Source of the DNA: a virus
Taxonomy: Duplodnaviria; Heunggongvirae; Uroviricota; Caudoviricetes
Virus record (IMG/VR): IMGVR_UViG_2671180890_000003
Length of the DNA stretch: 20,749 bases
Strand: one strand, 5' to 3'
Positions 16,311 through 20,749 of the stretch are shown piece after piece (position 1 is the stretch's first letter; each line of letters starts with the position of its first letter). The notes beneath the pieces were generated by a model. The model saw only the letters and a program-made list of their open reading frames with translations. It searched no databases and had not been told where the DNA came from. The position numbers and the translations under genes were made by a program.

Positions 16311-16745
16311 TGTCGCCTCGTACATTTCCGGGCTGCGAAACCCGGCACCCGTTTTATGAGGTGCCTTATAACCATAAACCGTGTTGCCGCATAACGGCAA
16401 GCTCTTTTTTATGGACTCCGAAAACTCACTATTGGAAGAACCAGAAGCACAGTACATCGCGCTCATTTCGTTAACGTCACGCGCGTGGACGAATGTTTTT
16501 GTGGAGTCACTACACGAGCGGAAGACATCATCTACGACCAGAAATTTTCTGGCGCAGCCGCTGACCTTCTCAATGCTAATATCATCGCCCGAGATTTCTG
16601 GTATGGTTAAGGCATCCGTTCCGACCACCAGCAAATGATAAACTTTGCTTGTATCTGCTGTATTAATGCCTGACTTTGCCGTCATATTTCTGGATTTTGG
16701 CGACATGCCAGCCAGTGAAAATGTCTTCTTCTGGACGGGTATCAT
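16311..16745 (-). CDS. ORF of unknown function with a strong start but unresolved 3' end (possible frameshifted or fused gene)
   Basis: ATG 16745 has a GGAGG SD and an ATGA overlap with the upstream gene. The frame has no stop until 15678 and runs through a terminator hairpin and a promoter-like region; the end coordinate is nominal. Confidence 0.3.
16384..16417. repeat. Copy B of hairpin + T6 + ATGGACT element (TTGCCG-cataa-CGGCAA, T-run 16405-16410, ATGGACT 16411-16417)
   Basis: Shares the 14-mer TTTTTTATGGACTC with copy A. On the plus strand it resembles an intrinsic terminator; it lies inside the minus-strand ORF that starts at 16745. Confidence 0.5.
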
Positions 16746-16921
16746 TGGTTAACCTCCGCGAACTCCTTCATGAAACGCGCCAGCGGTTGTACGCATGGCG
16801 ATTGATACCCGTCGCGATAAAACCTCACTCGGTTGTGAGACACGCTTTCGACAGTAACGAGTGCTCCGTGGGCATCTTTGTAGCGTTTTTGTGGTTGTGG
16901 TGTTCCTGTTGGCTTAGACAT
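16742..16921 (-). CDS. Hypothetical small protein (59 aa from ATG 16921)
   Basis: GGAGG SD and 8-nt overlap with the antirepressor-like gene stop; the track ORF extends to 17008. Confidence 0.5.
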   Translation of the reverse strand: MSKPTGTPQPQKRYKDAHGALVTVESVSHNRVRFYRDGYQSPCVQPLARFMKEFAEVNQ

Positions 16922-17747
16922 TGAGCGCCTCCAGACGCTTGGCGAGCCAGCGTTGCGACAGGCGGGTGAGTTCTCCTTTGCGCTGCTCATATTCCATGCC
17001 CATATCAATTAACGTGATATTGGTGCTTTCGAGATATGAGAGGTGCTCAAGCTGTTCTGCGTTCATATGGTCGCGAGGTTCGCCAGAATAGCCATTTATC
17101 CGCGCCCACTGCTTAGCAGTTAGCCCTCCAAGAACGATACGAGAAATCATATTGCTCTCGTTTGTGTAGTGGTGTTGCTGCGTCGTTTTCCCCTGCTCGG
17201 CACGGGCCATATTCAGCGCATCGCACATTGGCTTAAAGTTGTTTGCGGCACTGATACGGGCTTTTAGCTGGCGACGATAGCGGGCGGCGATTTCAGGCAC
17301 GCTACGCTGTAATTCTTCCTCGCACTGGATGAAATAACGACGGATAGCGCGACCCTGATCATTGCGTTCGATCATTGCCAGTTCTTTCGCCATTCCGACA
17401 CTTAACAGATAGTCTTTGCCGGGTCTGCCAGACTGCTTAATCTTGCTGTAAGCCGCGCCATTCGGGCTTTTCCCCAAATTTGGGGAAATAGTTTTATGGA
17501 CTGAGTAATCGTGCCCAATGGTGAAGTCATATTCAGAGATGCGATCAGTGATCCATGTAGAGAAGTCTTTTCCCACGCCCAACGCTTTGTGTAACGCTTT
17601 TGCGCTAACAATATTGGTTTCACGCCCACCGATATGACCAGGAATAACCGGGACAATTGCGGCAAATTCATTACCGTTAATTGTGCTCAGAGAGGCGTTC
17701 AGATGAGGGGCGGCCTCAGAAATTAATCTGCTTTTTTCGATGTTCAT
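16914..17747 (-). CDS. Phage antirepressor-like regulatory protein (277 aa)
   Basis: GGAG SD upstream of ATG 17747. The N-terminal region (NGNEFAAIVPVIPGH...SAKALHKALGV) resembles Bro-N/KilA-N type antirepressor domains; from memory, not searched. Confidence 0.55.
   Translation of the reverse strand: MNIEKSRLISEAAPHLNASLSTINGNEFAAIVPVIPGHIGGRETNIVSAKALHKALGVGKDFSTWITDRISEYDFTIGHDYSVHKTISPNLGKSPNGAAYSKIKQSGRPGKDYLLSVGMAKELAMIERNDQGRAIRRYFIQCEEELQRSVPEIAARYRRQLKARISAANNFKPMCDALNMARAEQGKTTQQHHYTNESNMISRIVLGGLTAKQWARINGYSGEPRDHMNAEQLEHLSYLESTNITLIDMGMEYEQRKGELTRLSQRWLAKRLEALNV
17472..17502. repeat. Copy C of hairpin + T-run + ATGGACT element (CCCCAAATTTGGGG palindrome 17472-17485, TTTTATGGACT 17492-17502)
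   Basis: Read directly from the sequence. Lies inside the antirepressor-like coding region, in a different reading frame from copy B, so conservation is at the nucleotide level. Confidence 0.5.
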
Positions 17748-17759
17748 TTTCAGTCTCCG

Positions 17760-18191
17760 TTAAGCGGCGTTAAACGCGTCCGGGTAGAGTTTCAGAATGT
17801 CGGCAATTTCCTGCTGAGAAAGTCCGTTGTGATCATTTATGTTCGCAAGATGGTTAATATGAGTGATCACTTTCAGAACATCACCACGGCAGGAGAAACG
17901 GTAGCGAAGGTGTGTTCCGATACCATCAGGATTCTTTTCGTCGATACGCTCCAGAGTGATTCCAAGCTGGCGTTCTAACTCTGTTGCATAGTTACGACCA
18001 GAAGACAGACGGCAGTAGCGAAGAATGTCGTTTTCTGTCCATCCCTCTATACCAGTACGCAGCATATAGACTCGGGCACGATGCTTTTTCGGTGTGCGCT
18101 TTGGTGCTTGAAGGGATTTTGTAAGGGGCGTAATATCAGATACGCGAATATCTGAATTAGCCGCCTGTAATGGGCGGTTTTTCTTTTCCAT
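17760..18191 (-). CDS. Hypothetical basic protein (143 aa)
   Basis: Track ORF; start overlaps the AlpA-like stop by 1 nt. No family recognised. Confidence 0.55.
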   Translation of the reverse strand: MEKKNRPLQAANSDIRVSDITPLTKSLQAPKRTPKKHRARVYMLRTGIEGWTENDILRYCRLSSGRNYATELERQLGITLERIDEKNPDGIGTHLRYRFSCRGDVLKVITHINHLANINDHNGLSQQEIADILKLYPDAFNAA

Positions 18192-18409
18192 CAGGCCACC
18201 TTCCCGCGGCGTTCTGCCAGCCAGTTATTAATTTCCACCGCATCAAACGCAGTCACGTTATCTGTTAGCTTCACTGGGCGTGGAAGAGTGCCATTTTTAA
18301 CCCATCTATCAATAGTAGGCAGTGAAACACCTAGCAATTCCGGCATGCGAAAGCGACGGATGTATCCAGTTGTTGGGATAGCTGATGATGCTGGCTTGTG
18401 TGCTGTCAT
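18191..18409 (-). CDS. alpA: AlpA-family prophage transcriptional regulator / excisionase-like HTH protein
   Basis: RFRMPELLGVSLPTIDRWVKNGTLPRPVKL...WLAERR matches the AlpA pattern. ATG 18409 chosen for a plausible SD; the track ORF extends to 18478. Confidence 0.7.
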   Translation of the reverse strand: MTAHKPASSAIPTTGYIRRFRMPELLGVSLPTIDRWVKNGTLPRPVKLTDNVTAFDAVEINNWLAERRGKVA

Positions 18410-18514
18410 ATGTCCTGTAACTCCTGTGATAGCTGTTGAAGTTACGGTAATCATGTGAGCAGGGGGATTAGATGTCATCGCAACGAAAAATGGATTTTCG
18501 TTGCGAAATTATCT

Positions 18515-19396
18515 TTATGATTTAAAAGATTTGTTAGCTGATGAGAAATATTCATCCAGTAAGCGGGAGCTTAATTTTAAACCCCTATCCAGCATTTCTG
18601 CTTTGAGGGCTTCTTGTGTCCACCTTTTAGAAGTTGGTTCGGCTTTCTTTAAAGCGTTGAGCACCGCGCCAAGCAGTAAAAGGCTTTCATCGAGGTTCAG
18701 GAGACTGTTGTTATCACTGAGTGTTTTCTTTTCAAATTCTGCAATATTTTCTTTTCTGAATACGAACTCGACATTACCCAGCCCATCAGCAGGATAGAAA
18801 AAGGGATGATAACCATCGAGGCTAAAGTCAACAAACCTCTGTGATTCTTTGTCGTACAGTTTAGGTTTGCCATTTTCATCTGACTTGATGGCATATTCAT
18901 TGAACGCGTTCAGAATATTCACCAGACCAAATTCTGTTAAGAGGAAAGCACCTTCCATGTTGTGAAATTCACGGGGAACCTTGTCGCGTGAAAGGTCAAA
19001 CTCGTGCATAACATCTAAAGATTCAGCCCCAACCATCGGTAGATCGTATATGCCATGATTAATACGAAAAACATCACTGACTCTTTCTATATCTTCGTAT
19101 TCATAATCCAATTGTTCATTAGTATAGAATTCATCACCGGCAGGAGTTCTAATTACCGCACCTTCGTTAGTATTTTCAACAATCCACTTTTCAAAAACTC
19201 TTCGTTGCGAGTTTTTGATGACTTGAGCAGCGATAGCGTAACGGCCTTCGTCCAATATCGCTGAAATTGTAATGTGGCCTTCTACAGCCAATTGCAGGCA
19301 ATCGGCTACAGATACCCTTTCACCGAGTGTTGTGCTTAACCTGTTTGCGGTTTCCTCTATGGTCAACCAACTTTTGAACTGGAACAATTTGCTCAT
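18515..19396 (-). CDS. Hypothetical protein (293 aa), AT-rich cargo gene between integrase and AlpA
   Basis: Track ORF with ATG start and AAGG SD. Visibly lower GC than the flanking integrase and regulatory genes. No family recognised. Confidence 0.65.
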   Translation of the reverse strand: MSKLFQFKSWLTIEETANRLSTTLGERVSVADCLQLAVEGHITISAILDEGRYAIAAQVIKNSQRRVFEKWIVENTNEGAVIRTPAGDEFYTNEQLDYEYEDIERVSDVFRINHGIYDLPMVGAESLDVMHEFDLSRDKVPREFHNMEGAFLLTEFGLVNILNAFNEYAIKSDENGKPKLYDKESQRFVDFSLDGYHPFFYPADGLGNVEFVFRKENIAEFEKKTLSDNNSLLNLDESLLLLGAVLNALKKAEPTSKRWTQEALKAEMLDRGLKLSSRLLDEYFSSANKSFKS

Positions 19397-19489
19397 AGCG
19401 TAACCTTTCGCGCTGCCTTAAAGAGTGACCGGAACAGGCGGTAAGGCTTTCCGCTTTTCGCCCCGTCGGGCTAGTTCCGGTCTGTTCGG

Positions 19490-20749
19490 TTACTTTGCCT
19501 TTCTGATAGGCGTCACGTTGTAATCTTCGCCCTTCTCCAGAGCCACCAGCAAGCCCGCCCACTGTGTTAACGCAGCCCGGCGCTCGTCAAAGTATTGGTG
19601 ACGGTTATAGATACCCTCAACGCCTTTTATGCGGTGATTGAGGCATCTTTCAGCCACTACCGGATCAACGCCCAGCGCTGCTAAATGAGTACGTGCGGTG
19701 CGTCGGAAGTCGTGAATCGTGAAATTAGGCACATCCGGCATTTCGGCGCGAACCTTAGCCAGTGCTACGGGTAAAGTGCTTTCCTGAATATGTGGGATCA
19801 TTCTGTTTTGCATTTTCCTGGCTGGAAGCACCCATGCGCTATTACATGAAAAGGCGTGAAGCTCTCTCAACCATTCAACGGCTGGGGAAGGTAGAGGTAT
19901 ATCAATAGGGTCTCCGTTTTTGCTGCGTTCTTCCGGCAAATGCCATACCGCACCATCTAAATCAAACTCTTCCCATCGTGCGGCGCATAACTCCATCTTA
20001 CGAACGCATAGTGCCAGCAATAGCTTAAATGTCAGTTCGTTCTGGCGGCTGAATCCTTTTGCGGTGCGCATAGCCTCGAATAGCCTGATAAGCTCATCGC
20101 GAGTTAGCCAACGGTCGCGGGAAACCTCTTTACCACCAGCATCAGATACTTCAAACGCTGAACAAGGGTTTATCTCCAGAGCGTGGCGTTTTATTCCATA
20201 GTCAAAGATACGGCGTGTCCAGCGTAATACATCTGTTGCTATCGTTGGTGCTCCTCGGTCAACGATACCTTTCAACATGTCGTCAATGTGGCGTGGCTTA
20301 ACGTCCTCTACCTTCATATGCCCAATGCAGGGGTTAATATCCTTATCAATTCTCCGGCGAAGGATATCGGGATGTTTCCATCTCGGAAGTATCTGGCGCT
20401 CGAAGTATTCGGAGGCCAGATCTGAAACACGCATGGCGTTTTTCTCAGTCTCCATTTTTGCCAGTGCTTCAGCTTTTCGTTCCTGTTTCTCTGCTGCTAC
20501 GTCATAGCCAAGAGCAACTCTGGCTGACAGCTCTTTTGCTGTTTCTCTGGCTTTTGATAGTGACAGTTCGGAGTAAGAGCCTATAACCATAGCCCGCTGC
20601 TTTCCTGCGAGCTTATAGCGGAATCGCCAGAACGGGACTGTGTAGTTTTTGGGGTAGCAAATATAAAGGCCGTTGCCGTCTGCCTTGCCATCAAATCTGT
20701 CTCCCGCCTTTATCCATGCGCGGATCTGCATATCTGTGAGTTTTGGCAT
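19490..20749 (-). CDS. int: P4/CP4-57-family tyrosine integrase (419 aa)
   Basis: C-terminal catalytic motifs HDFRRTARTH (HxxR) and a conserved Tyr in GIYNRHQY; N-terminal region typical of P4-type integrases. The start codon is at the last base of the window. Confidence 0.9.
   Translation of the reverse strand: MPKLTDMQIRAWIKAGDRFDGKADGNGLYICYPKNYTVPFWRFRYKLAGKQRAMVIGSYSELSLSKARETAKELSARVALGYDVAAEKQERKAEALAKMETEKNAMRVSDLASEYFERQILPRWKHPDILRRRIDKDINPCIGHMKVEDVKPRHIDDMLKGIVDRGAPTIATDVLRWTRRIFDYGIKRHALEINPCSAFEVSDAGGKEVSRDRWLTRDELIRLFEAMRTAKGFSRQNELTFKLLLALCVRKMELCAARWEEFDLDGAVWHLPEERSKNGDPIDIPLPSPAVEWLRELHAFSCNSAWVLPARKMQNRMIPHIQESTLPVALAKVRAEMPDVPNFTIHDFRRTARTHLAALGVDPVVAERCLNHRIKGVEGIYNRHQYFDERRAALTQWAGLLVALEKGEDYNVTPIRKAK

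Noticed and set aside
15678-16745. Single 355-aa protein as given by the ORF track
   Set aside because: The frame crosses a terminator hairpin with T7, a perfect -10 hexamer and two internal starts with strong SDs, and its middle section is low-complexity. I split it into separate genes with an unresolved upstream ORF.
1-20749. Classical P4 late genes (sid, delta, psu), capsid, terminase, tRNA or rRNA genes
   Set aside because: No ORF in the window shows motifs or sizes I could match to these, and no tRNA-like cloverleaf was spotted; a tRNA integration site, if present, lies beyond the right edge.

Overview
This 20.7-kb window is almost entirely minus-strand coding and reads as an integrative mobile element of an enterobacterial host, with a P4 / CP4-57 / PICI-like satellite layout. 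From right to left: a P4-family tyrosine integrase at the window edge (19490-20749), an AT-rich cargo gene, an AlpA-like regulator, an antirepressor-like gene, a string of translationally coupled small ORFs, and a P4 alpha-type primase-helicase (11364-13718) followed by iteron clusters. Left of that lies an accessory arm: two unknown genes, a four-gene block that resembles podovirus internal-virion/ejection proteins and ends in a 908-aa protein with an N-terminal SLT lytic transglycosylase domain, a lipoprotein, an ORF-poor repeat-bearing stretch, an ImmA/IrrE-like Zn-peptidase paired with a small membrane protein, the only plus-strand gene (RHH-like DNA-binding), a second iteron cluster and a PerC-like regulator. 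I recognised no rRNA, tRNA, CRISPR array, transposase, capsid, portal or terminase gene. All protein calls come from reading motifs in the supplied translations; no database search or structure prediction was possible, so family names are hypotheses. The candidates I consider most likely to be a new system are the peptidase + membrane-protein pair and the orphan gene in the int-alpA slot; the recurring hairpin+ATGGACT element and the ejection-like module in a capsid-less island are the most unusual structural observations.
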